Position numbers and translations under genes: made by a program. From positions 1-64,000 of the IMG/VR virus record IMGVR_UViG_3300037010_001702: 64,000 nt of DNA. One strand, 5' to 3'. Every line of letters begins with the position of its first letter. Within the stretch, counting starts at the first letter, position 1. Shown here piece by piece: positions 37,052-46,137 of the stretch. Under the pieces are notes generated by a model that saw nothing but the letters and a program-made list of their open reading frames with translations, was not told where the DNA came from and made no database searches.

Positions 37052-37495
37052 ATGCTTTCCAAGATGATTGTCATCGCAACGAATGCCCATGCAGGACAGT
37101 TCGACAAAGGTGGCAACCCCTATATCTTGCATCCATTGCAAGTGATGTCCTCTCTCAAAGAGGATGATGAAGAACTCCAATGTATTGCAGTTGGGCACGA
37201 TGTCATTGAAGATACTTCTACGACTTACAAGTTCCTCCGAGATGAGGGAATGTCTGAACATGTCATCGAAGGTATCCGCTGCTTGACAAAAGTTCCTGGT
37301 CAAACCTATGAAGAATACCAAGCAGATGTATTCGGCAGTGTGGATGCTATGAAGGTCAAGAAATGCGACCTCCGCCATAACACAGATACCCGGCGCTTGA
37401 GGGGTATTACCAACAAGGACACTGCTCGAATGGCAAAGTACATGAAGTTCTATGCCGACATTGAAACGCGTCTGAACCTCAAGGTGGTAGTATGA
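37052..37495 (+). CDS. HD-domain hydrolase, SpoT/Mesh1-like
   Basis: AHAGQFDKGGNPYILHPL.V...HDVIED...LT...VK.CDL.HN. Confidence 0.85.
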   Translation: MLSKMIVIATNAHAGQFDKGGNPYILHPLQVMSSLKEDDEELQCIAVGHDVIEDTSTTYKFLRDEGMSEHVIEGIRCLTKVPGQTYEEYQADVFGSVDAMKVKKCDLRHNTDTRRLRGITNKDTARMAKYMKFYADIETRLNLKVVV

Positions 37496-37674
37496 ACGAT
37501 ATCGAATTCATTGAAGAATGTCTTGCTAGTTATATCCAAGATCAACGCCGAGCTGTAGAGAACAGCAATAGCTGCACCCCATCGTTCTACACTAATGAAG
37601 AGCGACGGATTGTTGAAGAGCAATCTGCTATCTACATGGCTATGGCTCGTATCAAGGAAAGGCTTGGAGAATAA
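37492..37674 (+). CDS. Hypothetical protein
   Basis: Coupled ORF. Confidence 0.5.
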   Translation: MNDIEFIEECLASYIQDQRRAVENSNSCTPSFYTNEERRIVEEQSAIYMAMARIKERLGE

Positions 37675-37812
37675 TGAGTTTGAAAGAAAGATTTGCTCTA
37701 TGGTGGAAGCAGTTCTCATGCTTACATACAATGGAAGTAGAACATGAAGATGATGCATGTCAGGTAGAGCGATGCACTCATTGTGGATTAACACGAACAC
37801 ATGGTGGTTGAA

Positions 37813-38088
37813 ATGAACGAGAAGATAAAAAAGCTTATTGAGCAATCTTACGATCAAGTTCCTCATGAGCGAGATTGGGATGCAATGTCATCTGTCTTTA
37901 ACAAAGAAAAGTTTGCTAATTTGCTTCTCAAAGAAGTTCTCAAAGAGACACAGAAGGTTTGGTACCAGCTTAATGATACACCTCCTGCCGAAGGTGAAAC
38001 TCTGCGAGATGTGGGTATTCACATAGGACAAAAGGCTGGCATTATGAAAGTAGCACAACATCTTCGTAAACATTTTGACGTAACCTAA
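37813..38088 (+). CDS. Hypothetical protein
   Basis: MNEKIKKLIEQ...EKFA.LL.KE...HF phage-type small protein. Confidence 0.6.
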   Translation: MNEKIKKLIEQSYDQVPHERDWDAMSSVFNKEKFANLLLKEVLKETQKVWYQLNDTPPAEGETLRDVGIHIGQKAGIMKVAQHLRKHFDVT

Positions 38089-38089
38089 T

Positions 38090-38640
38090 CTCAAGTTTAC
38101 GCCAGATATTTCTTTTGTATGGTACTGCATATCTCGTTGGGTGTCACCCTTGTTTTACTTATGTGACCTCGCTTTTCAATATTTGGAAGTTGTTCTAAGT
38201 TTTGTTTTCTAGTTATTTTCCAAACTTCTCTTTTATAGTTTTCGAAATCTGAACGCAGCACAGGAGAAACAATATCACTATTAACTATTAACTGTTTTAG
38301 TTAGTACGTCATTATTAGCTCCGCTTTGAGCTCGAGATAAACCGGTCTGGTCATCCCGACTCTTATTTTCTGAGAAAAAAATTTTCATCAAATTTTATAG
38401 TGTTTAGTCTCTTTTGTGCTGCTTCTAAATATCCATCATTCTGTTTTCTTGTAATAGCAGTTTTCCGTGCGGATACTACTGAAAATTTCAGGCCATCTAC
38501 TAATTTTGATTTTCCTATAGATATAAGTTTACCTCTACAGTAACTTGAGCACGTTCTCGGAAAACAATACCTCCCATTATAGCACTAGTGAAGTGTTGAT
38601 TCTACGCACATCTCACATACAGGTTGAATAATTTTTCTAG
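38090..38640 (-). pseudogene. Decayed homing-endonuclease-like gene
   Basis: Fragments PVCEMC...H*...RTCSSYC and SDFENYKREVWKITRKQNLEQLPNIEKRG; stops; AT-rich. Confidence 0.5.
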
Positions 38641-38720
38641 GACGACTCAACGACTCACAGTTTACTTCCTTATTAGGCTAGTTTATAATCTATTATAACA
38701 ACGTTGACACAAAGCCAATC

Positions 38721-40667
38721 ATGACAAAATACGCAAAACAGACGTACCAGGTTCTAGACGAAATTGAGCACATCCGTAAACGGACTGGTATGTATGCTGG
38801 TTCTACAGCAGAACAGCAAGCAATGGAATGGGTTTATGATCTCGAAACCAAGAAGATGGTGAAGCGAGACATCAACTACATCCCAGCATTGGTAAAAATC
38901 TTCTCAGAAATTCTCGATAATGCTATTGACGAATCTCGTCGAGCACCAGAGACACTCGATTCTATTCGTGTATCCTTTGAGGATGATGGAAGCATTTCAG
39001 TTCAAGACAACGGTCGCGGAATTCCCGTTCAGATTCATGAGCAAACTGGTAAGTATATTGCTGAGACAGTGTTCTCTAATCTTCGTGCTGGTTCAAACTT
39101 CAACGATGATGAAGATCAACAGCTTATTGGAACCAACGGTGTAGGTTCAACCCTCACAAATGTTCTCTCTTCACATTTCAGAATCGAAAGTTGTGATGGT
39201 AAGAAGTTGTTCAAGCAAGACTTCCGGAAGGGTATGCGCGAGCGTGACGAACCTACCATAAAGGCTGATAACAAGAATCGCACAAAGATTACCTTTACCC
39301 CTGATTACGAGTTCTTCAACCTGAAAGGGTTGAATGAAGGCAATCGTCTTCGTATGATGAAGAAGGTTGTTGATGCTGCTGCATGTAACATTGGTGTAAA
39401 GTTCTATATCAATGGTGAACGTATTATGATTCGAGACTTCGAGGATTATGTTGCACTCTATGCTACTGACTATGTTGTTGATTCAACTCCAGATTGGAAG
39501 GTTGGTATCTCTTCGAGCGACGGATTTGAGCATGTAAGCTTTGTGAACTCAGTTGAAACATACCAAGGCGGTACCCATATTCTGTACGTGACGATGCAGA
39601 TTGCAAATGCTGTCCGCGAGTTCATTAAGAAAAAGCACAAAATCGATGTTACCCCAGCTCAAATTCGTGATCACTTCCGTGTCTACATTGCTGCCAACAT
39701 TAATCGCCCTAAGTTCTCTTCACAGACAAAAGAGAATATGATTTCAGCTGTTAGCGATTACAAGACAAGCTGGGAAGTTCCAGACAAGATGATCAACAAG
39801 ATTGTCAAGTCGACGATCATCCAATCAATTCTGGATTGGGCAGAAGCTAAGGCCCACCAGGAACAGATGAAGGACCTGCGCAAGCTTAACAAGGATACTG
39901 ATAAGGCTGACCCTCGTCGTGTTGATAAGTTCTGCGATGCTCTCGAAAAGAAGGACCGCACTAAGTGCGTTCTGTTCTTGGCTGAAGGAGATTCTGCGGC
40001 TAAGTCTTTGTTCGCTGCTCGTGGTAAGACTAACTTCATTGGTACATTCCCTCTGAAGGGTAAGCCATTGAATGTCCGTGAAAAGGATATTGCTCGAGTA
40101 CTTGGACTTGATAAGAAGAAGGACGGTAAGTCTGAGCCAAATGAAATCCAGAAGATTCTGACTATCATCGGTCTTCGTATCGGTGAGAAGGTTAACTCTC
40201 TGTCTGAACTCCGCTTCGGTAAGGTTGCGTTTGCCACCGATGCTGACGTTGACGGCTCCCACATTGCCGGTCTGCTCATGAATGTATTCGATACATTCTG
40301 GCCTGAATTGTTCGAGCTTGGGTTCATTCACATCCTCCGTACTCCTGTTGTGAAGGTTGTTTTGAAGAACAAGGAAGTTATTGAGTTCTTTACTGAACGT
40401 GAATTCAAGGATTGGGTAAAGAAAGACGGTCAGAAGGCAAAGGGTTGGTCACATCGCTACTATAAAGGATTGGGTACGACAAAGACCAATGACTTTATCC
40501 CATACATGGAAAACTTGAATCAATATCTGTTCCAGATTACAATGGATGGGCAGGATGACAAGCAAGCTCTTGACCTTGCTTTCAATGGAGAACGCGCTGA
40601 TGACCGTAAGGCCTGGCTCGAGACTCCTGCCGATAACTTTGAAGACTTCATAGTTGAAGCAGCCTAA
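38721..40667 (+). CDS. 39: DNA topoisomerase II large subunit (gp39+gp60 in one ORF)
   Basis: EHI..RTGMY.GS, EILDNA.DE, DNGRGIP, GTNGVGS, EGDSA, PLKGK.LN, TDADVDGSHI, YYKGLG. Confidence 0.95.
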   Translation: MTKYAKQTYQVLDEIEHIRKRTGMYAGSTAEQQAMEWVYDLETKKMVKRDINYIPALVKIFSEILDNAIDESRRAPETLDSIRVSFEDDGSISVQDNGRGIPVQIHEQTGKYIAETVFSNLRAGSNFNDDEDQQLIGTNGVGSTLTNVLSSHFRIESCDGKKLFKQDFRKGMRERDEPTIKADNKNRTKITFTPDYEFFNLKGLNEGNRLRMMKKVVDAAACNIGVKFYINGERIMIRDFEDYVALYATDYVVDSTPDWKVGISSSDGFEHVSFVNSVETYQGGTHILYVTMQIANAVREFIKKKHKIDVTPAQIRDHFRVYIAANINRPKFSSQTKENMISAVSDYKTSWEVPDKMINKIVKSTIIQSILDWAEAKAHQEQMKDLRKLNKDTDKADPRRVDKFCDALEKKDRTKCVLFLAEGDSAAKSLFAARGKTNFIGTFPLKGKPLNVREKDIARVLGLDKKKDGKSEPNEIQKILTIIGLRIGEKVNSLSELRFGKVAFATDADVDGSHIAGLLMNVFDTFWPELFELGFIHILRTPVVKVVLKNKEVIEFFTEREFKDWVKKDGQKAKGWSHRYYKGLGTTKTNDFIPYMENLNQYLFQITMDGQDDKQALDLAFNGERADDRKAWLETPADNFEDFIVEAA

Positions 40668-40707
40668 TACAAGATTACTTCCGTTAAAGAACAGGTTATA
40701 ATACTAT

Positions 40708-42087
40708 ATGGTTACAAAACATACACCTACTGATACTGGCAATCTTAAGGTTCGCTGTATCCCAGCCCGACACTTTTTTAATACGGCATTTAAAGAATTT
40801 TCACTATATGATAACGTTAGAAGTATTCCACTTTTGACGGACGGATTAAAACCTGCTCAGCGAAAAGCAGTATATGGCACATTTCTTAGAGGAGAAAATG
40901 CTGGACTATTAAACGTAGAGCGGTTATCTGCTGCAGTTGCCGCGTCCACTGACTATCACCACGGCATTGGCAGCCTTACATCAACTATCATTGGTCTTGC
41001 AAACGATTATCCTGGTTCGAACAACATGAACCTCTTTGTCCCTGAAGGACAGTTTGGTTCTCGTTTGACTTCTGAAGCAGCTGCTCCTCGTTATATTGAG
41101 ACGAAGCTCTCTACATTCTTTCGCGCACTCTTTCCTAAGGCAGATGATGCCATCCTGGTTCACAATGAAACCGATGGTGAGAAGATTGAACCAAAAACCT
41201 ATCTTCCAATCCTTCCTTTGTCATTGATTAATGGTGCGCAAGGTACCGGAACTGGACACGCTTGTGTTATCATGGCATACAATCCTAAAGAGATTGCTGC
41301 TGCGTGCTTAAATGTTCTGGCTGGTAAGAAGCTGAAGCCTGGTACCTTGACCCCCTGGTACAATGGATTTAGTGGCAACATCACTCGCAATCCAGAAACT
41401 GGGCAAGTTGTTATTACTGGCAAGCTTCAAGTGGTTAACTCAACCACCATCAAGGTCACAGAGCTTCCAGTTGGAGTGTATCTCGACCAATACAAATCCC
41501 ACTTGAACAAGATGGAAGATGCTGAGTTGATCAAGGATTGGGAAGACCGTTCCACTGAAGATGGATTCGACTTCACTATCACTGTTCCTCGCTCACTGAC
41601 TGCTTTGCCTGAAGAAGAACTTTACAAGAAGTTCAAGCTCATCTCTCGTGATACAGAAAATCTGACTCTTTGGGATGTTGATGGAGTTCTAAAGCGCTTT
41701 GATTCTGTTGAAGCAATAGTTGAAGCATTTGTCCCGTGGCGCCTGAGCCAGTATGAAGTTCGGCGTCAGAAGCTTATTGCTGATGCTAAGGAATCCATTC
41801 ATTGGTCCTCTATGAAAATCAGGTTCATTAATTTTTATCTGAAGAATACTGTACTCTTTAAAAATACTGGTAAGAAAGAGTTGATTGAACTCCTTATCAA
41901 AAATGAATTTAATGAGTATGACCGTCTGTTGTCGATGGCTCTTTGGAATTTAACTAAGGATAAAATAAAAGAGCTTGAAGACGAACTAGATGAGTTCAGA
42001 AAACAACTTGCTAGTCTTGAAGAAGATACTGCTAAGGCAATGTATTCTCGAGAGCTAAAAGTTTTTTCCTCATCCAATATTCCTTGA
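40708..42087 (+). CDS. 52: DNA topoisomerase II medium subunit (gp52)
   Basis: RSIP...DGLKP.QRK, YHHG, GQFGSR, AAPRYI (catalytic Tyr). Confidence 0.95.
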   Translation: MVTKHTPTDTGNLKVRCIPARHFFNTAFKEFSLYDNVRSIPLLTDGLKPAQRKAVYGTFLRGENAGLLNVERLSAAVAASTDYHHGIGSLTSTIIGLANDYPGSNNMNLFVPEGQFGSRLTSEAAAPRYIETKLSTFFRALFPKADDAILVHNETDGEKIEPKTYLPILPLSLINGAQGTGTGHACVIMAYNPKEIAAACLNVLAGKKLKPGTLTPWYNGFSGNITRNPETGQVVITGKLQVVNSTTIKVTELPVGVYLDQYKSHLNKMEDAELIKDWEDRSTEDGFDFTITVPRSLTALPEEELYKKFKLISRDTENLTLWDVDGVLKRFDSVEAIVEAFVPWRLSQYEVRRQKLIADAKESIHWSSMKIRFINFYLKNTVLFKNTGKKELIELLIKNEFNEYDRLLSMALWNLTKDKIKELEDELDEFRKQLASLEEDTAKAMYSRELKVFSSSNIP

Positions 42088-42130
42088 GTGTATTAGCTAT
42101 TTTCTGAGAATGCTCATCAGATTTGCTTTT

Positions 42131-42322
42131 CTATCTGATGAGCATTTGGTGAAGTGCCCAGGACGTCTTGGAACGTAATGAACTGCCAACCATCCTTACT
42201 AAGAGTAAATGACAGACATAATGTTGTCTAGCAGATAGAAATACTAAATTATTCTTGGTGTTTTCAATATACCCGGGTTGTTGATTATGTAATGATATAA
42301 TACCTTTGTTGTTCAGTAACAA
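42131..42322 (-). pseudogene. HNH (Mob-like) endonuclease remnant
   Basis: NNLVFLSARQHYVCHLLLVRM; N-terminal HH motif missing. Confidence 0.55.
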
Positions 42323-42365
42323 TAGACCTCTGATTTATGCTAATCTCTCTATAAGGAATGCAAAT

Positions 42366-42533
42366 ATGTATAAGATTTTGGTTGTTATCCGTGCAGTAGG
42401 AAGCTTTGATGGTGGGCGGGCTGTATCTCAACAGCTCATTGAGTTCGATAGTAAGGGTGATGCACAATATGCACTTGAGCAGCTATTCGTTTCTAAAACA
42501 GCTGAATGGACAATCGTGAAACTGTGGGCATGA
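42366..42533 (+). CDS. Small hypothetical protein
   Basis: AAGGA RBS, MYKILVVI... Confidence 0.55.
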   Translation: MYKILVVIRAVGSFDGGRAVSQQLIEFDSKGDAQYALEQLFVSKTAEWTIVKLWA

Positions 42534-43168
42534 AGACTGAACTGGCTTATAAGCTACTAGGGATAGACACCTCAGCCAATTTTGAGCAAGCACAAAAGGC
42601 TTATAGAAAGCTTGCACAGCAATATCACCCTGATAAGCAAGGTGGAAATGAAGAGAAGTTCAAGCTCATCAAAGAAGCTTTTGAAACCCTCTCACCTTTA
42701 ACCAAGACTAAGACTGAGGTAATAACAATTACTTTAGAGGAAGCATTCAGTGGCTGCATCAAGGAATTGGATGGACGCGTGTTTGTAATACGCCCCGGTG
42801 TTTATCCAGGCGATGTTCTTGAAAATGATGTTGTGATTGAAATCACTTCTGAATCATGGTCTCCACGTTGGGGTGATGATTATCCCAAAGGTGATGTCAT
42901 GAAAGACTTCAAACTTAGTCCATTCAAGATGATCCTTGGTGGTTGGGTTGATGTTCCTATTCTTGGTGGCACTAAGAAGGCTTACATCCACCCAGGTTTC
43001 AGAGCAAATAGCATTCTGAAATTGGCGCAGGGTGGTTATTGGAAGAATACAGAAGACCCGGAGCGTGGTGATTGCTACCTTAGGTTAGTCCCAGATATAA
43101 AACAATTACATGAATACGATAAGGAAGAATTAAATGTCGTTGCAAAATACACAGATTCTTGCATTTGA
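42530..43168 (+). CDS. DnaJ-domain protein
   Basis: AY..LG....KAYRKLAQQYHPDK.GG.EEKFK.I.EAFE.L; DnaJ C-terminal-like RGDCYL. Confidence 0.85.
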   Translation: MKTELAYKLLGIDTSANFEQAQKAYRKLAQQYHPDKQGGNEEKFKLIKEAFETLSPLTKTKTEVITITLEEAFSGCIKELDGRVFVIRPGVYPGDVLENDVVIEITSESWSPRWGDDYPKGDVMKDFKLSPFKMILGGWVDVPILGGTKKAYIHPGFRANSILKLAQGGYWKNTEDPERGDCYLRLVPDIKQLHEYDKEELNVVAKYTDSCI

Positions 43169-43670
43169 TTATAGAGGACTTCATAAGGTAATAAGTGGCG
43201 GCCAGTGTGGGGCAGATAGAGCAGGTATTACAGCTGCACGAGATCATGGCATAAAGACTGGTGGGTATGCTCCTCATGGATGGCGCACCCATCACGGCCC
43301 AAGGCCCGACCTGGCAGAGTTTGGTCTAAAGGAGCATTCAAGTGTTACGTATCATGCACGCACTGAATGGAATGTTGTTGCAGCTGAAGGCACTTTAGTT
43401 GTCGCATCTAATTTCAATTCTCCTGGCGTAACGCTTACACACAATCTCAACAGAAAATATCAGAAGCCGTACCTTCAAATACCACCATCTATCGAACATA
43501 CACTAGAGATAGTTGAGTGGCTCATAGCAAATGATATAGGCATTCTAAATGTCGCTGGTAATCGAGACAAAGAAACCGAAATAGGACCTATTCACAACAT
43601 GACATACTGCATTATGGTCATGGCCTTCGCAGAGTTAGACCGCAGAGGATTTCTGGTCAGAGCAGCATAA
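43134..43670 (+). CDS. SLOG-superfamily (YpsA/putative Mo-carrier-like) protein
   Basis: ISGGQCGADRAG...GG.AP.G....G...Y..RT..NV...LNVAGNR. Confidence 0.8.
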   Translation: MSLQNTQILAFDYRGLHKVISGGQCGADRAGITAARDHGIKTGGYAPHGWRTHHGPRPDLAEFGLKEHSSVTYHARTEWNVVAAEGTLVVASNFNSPGVTLTHNLNRKYQKPYLQIPPSIEHTLEIVEWLIANDIGILNVAGNRDKETEIGPIHNMTYCIMVMAFAELDRRGFLVRAA

Positions 43671-43697
43671 ATACAAAACCTATAACGAATAGAAAAT

Positions 43698-44621
43698 ATG
43701 GAACAACAATACTTAGACCTATGCAATGACGTTATGAAAAATGGTGATGATCGTATTGATCGCACTAAAGTAGGAACACGCTCACTCTTCGGACGTCAGA
43801 TTCGTGGAGACCTTGAAAAGGGATTCCCACTGATTACCACCAAACAGACTTACTTTAAACCTATCCTTGGTGAAATTCTTTGGTTTGTAGAAGGAAGTTC
43901 TGATGAACGCCGTCTTGCTGAAATTACCTATGGTACTCGTGACCCAAGCCGCACCACCATCTGGACTGCTAACGCAAATGCCGATTACTGGAAGCCTAAG
44001 GCTAAGTTTCCTGGTGATCTTGGGCGTGTTTATGGCACTCAGTGGCGTAATTGGACTCACTCAGAGCTCCGTGGTTCCAATGATGTTCTATCCCACCCCG
44101 AAGGTGGCCACACTTACTATGGCGCAAAGGTTCTAGTAAAGCAGTTCGACCAGCTTAAGACTATTGTAGAGACTATCAAAAAGGAACCAGCATCACGTCG
44201 AATGGTTCTAACAGCATTCAATGTTGGGGCAATGGATAACATGGCTCTTCCACCGTGCCATATGTTTGCCCAGTTCCATGTCAATGCTCGTACAGACAAG
44301 CTGTCTTGCCAAGTCTACATGCGCTCTGTAGATGTTGCACTTGGTTTGCCGTTTAATATTGCGTCTTATGCAATATTAACGCATATGGTTGCCCAAGTTG
44401 TGAATTTGCAAGTAGGTGAATTAATTATGACATTGGGAGACACTCATCTGTATCTCAATCATTTAGATGGTATAGAAGAACAGATATCACGCGCCCCATA
44501 TGATTTTCCTGAACTAAAAATTAACCCAGCTATAAAAAATATAGATGACTTTAAAATGTCCGATTTTGAAGTTGTTGGATATAAACACCACCCTGAGATC
44601 AAATATCAAATGGCAGTTTGA
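43698..44621 (+). CDS. td: Thymidylate synthase
   Basis: DRT.VGT, FPLITTK, LG.VYG.QWR, SRR, ALPPCH, RSVD..LG.PFN.ASY, GD.HLY.NH. Confidence 0.97.
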   Translation: MEQQYLDLCNDVMKNGDDRIDRTKVGTRSLFGRQIRGDLEKGFPLITTKQTYFKPILGEILWFVEGSSDERRLAEITYGTRDPSRTTIWTANANADYWKPKAKFPGDLGRVYGTQWRNWTHSELRGSNDVLSHPEGGHTYYGAKVLVKQFDQLKTIVETIKKEPASRRMVLTAFNVGAMDNMALPPCHMFAQFHVNARTDKLSCQVYMRSVDVALGLPFNIASYAILTHMVAQVVNLQVGELIMTLGDTHLYLNHLDGIEEQISRAPYDFPELKINPAIKNIDDFKMSDFEVVGYKHHPEIKYQMAV

Positions 44622-44676
44622 CTGCTACTCCTATAAATCATTACTTAAGAAAGAAAATTTACGATATCAGGAATTA

Positions 44677-44820
44677 ATGTCTGCAAATGCAAGACGAATG
44701 TTAGTAGATGGAACAGAATATTCTCATAGAAGAGATGCAGCAGAAGCAACCGGACTTAAACAAGAGACCTTATGGTATCGAGCAAATAGTAAAAATTTCC
44801 CAAACATTAAACGGCTTTAA
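44677..44820 (+). pseudogene. Orphan NUMOD1-like DNA-binding fragment of a homing endonuclease
   Basis: MLVDGTEYSHRRDAAEATGLKQETLWYRANSKNFP. Confidence 0.5.
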
Positions 44821-44832
44821 CATAATAAAAGT

Positions 44833-45204
44833 ATGAATTCAAAATCCTCAATCGATTCCTTCTTTCCTGAAGACACTGTATCAGAAGAACTCTTGAAGTC
44901 AGTCCCTAAGAAGGTCTACTTCTGGATTCAGGGACTTGTTGCTGATGTCGAGGAACCTGGTTGCTACAACAAGCTCTCATGGCACTTTGTTCCAGATGGA
45001 ACGAGCACTATTTCATATGGTGAGCAAGACGTGGATGATGACTTCTGCGCCATTTGGTGGGAAGGTATGCCAGACAATCCTAAAGGTCTTTGTGGTAGCG
45101 ATAAGAGAATCCAGTCCATCGTGAGCAACATGGATTTCTTTACGCTGTTCGAAGAAAATGTTTTCACCACACTTGAAACATTTGAAGAAGAACATGACCG
45201 ATAA
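44833..45204 (+). CDS. Hypothetical acidic protein
   Basis: 123-aa ORF. Confidence 0.65.
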   Translation: MNSKSSIDSFFPEDTVSEELLKSVPKKVYFWIQGLVADVEEPGCYNKLSWHFVPDGTSTISYGEQDVDDDFCAIWWEGMPDNPKGLCGSDKRIQSIVSNMDFFTLFEENVFTTLETFEEEHDR

Positions 45205-45616
45205 TCTTGAAATCTTTAGACATCTCCGCCGACAGTTCTTTGATAGAACTACAGCCCAGTTAGTTCCAGGTATTAATGGAGGAATATCCTTCATGCTTAA
45301 GCCTACAGCTGAAAAGCAGTATGATTACTGGATCTATATTTGTCCTAAGGATATTCAATTCTCTACAAAGCAAGCTGTAAAATCCCTGCGTGATACAGCT
45401 GCTAGAGACGCAATGCCTTGGGGTACTATCAATTTAGATGGTACTCCAATCATTGATCAATTAATCGGATCTGTCTTAGCTTCTAGACACGGACTTCCAT
45501 CTGAAGTATCAGCTTATGTTAGAGAAATAATTGGCTTCTCTAATTATTCAGAAGCTCGCATGTCTGAATTTAAAGATAACGCGGCGGCGAATAAAGCTAT
45601 CTATGAAACAAATTAA
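45194..45616 (+). CDS. Hypothetical protein
   Basis: MTDNLEIFRHLRR...; start reassigned. Confidence 0.65.
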   Translation: MTDNLEIFRHLRRQFFDRTTAQLVPGINGGISFMLKPTAEKQYDYWIYICPKDIQFSTKQAVKSLRDTAARDAMPWGTINLDGTPIIDQLIGSVLASRHGLPSEVSAYVREIIGFSNYSEARMSEFKDNAAANKAIYETN

Positions 45617-46092
45617 ATTTGGTGACATTCTTGATGCCCAATATGGCATCATCGTTCATGGGTGCAATGCACAGGGTGTTATGGGTTCGGGCACAGCTCT
45701 TCACATCAAGTAGAGATATCCGCAAGCCTATGGTGATTATGTTGAAGCCTGTCAGAAAAACAAGCCTGCTGATCTAATGGGACAGGTTATTCTATCGCCC
45801 CGTCACTCCAAGCCTGTTCATAGCAAACTGCATAACACAGCTCAACTACGGCAGAATGGGAACGAAGTACGTTAGCTACCAAGCTGTTCAGAAGTGCTTT
45901 GAACAGGTAGCGTCAGCGTCAGAAAGTATTCAATACCTCGATCCAGATGGCTGCAGGATGACTATTCACTACCCTTTAATAGGTGCTGGTTTAGGAGGTG
46001 GTGATTTGGCTATCATCTCAGACATCATTGAAGCAGTATTTGCTAAGCCAGAACACAAGGATAAGCCTCGAACCCTTTGGATTTACGAGCAG
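45603..46092 (+). pseudogene. Macrodomain (ADP-ribose hydrolase-type) gene with nonsense codon and +1 frameshift
   Basis: GDIL...IVHGCNAQGVMGSG.A..IK*RYP (TAG 45711); shift at CCCC 45798-45801; then FIANCITQ..YG...YPLIGAGLGGGD. Confidence 0.8.
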
Positions 46093-46137
46093 GATTTCAT
46101 AAATAGTTTTATCGATTCTGCTCAGATAAACTCAAAA

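Noticed and set aside
34400-45713. TAG stop-codon reassignment (in-frame TAGs at 34910, about 38585 and 45711)
   Set aside because: They occur only in degenerate genes, which mostly also carry frameshifts or other stops. Long conserved genes have no internal TAG, and several intact genes end in TAG (10397, 12840, 56284).
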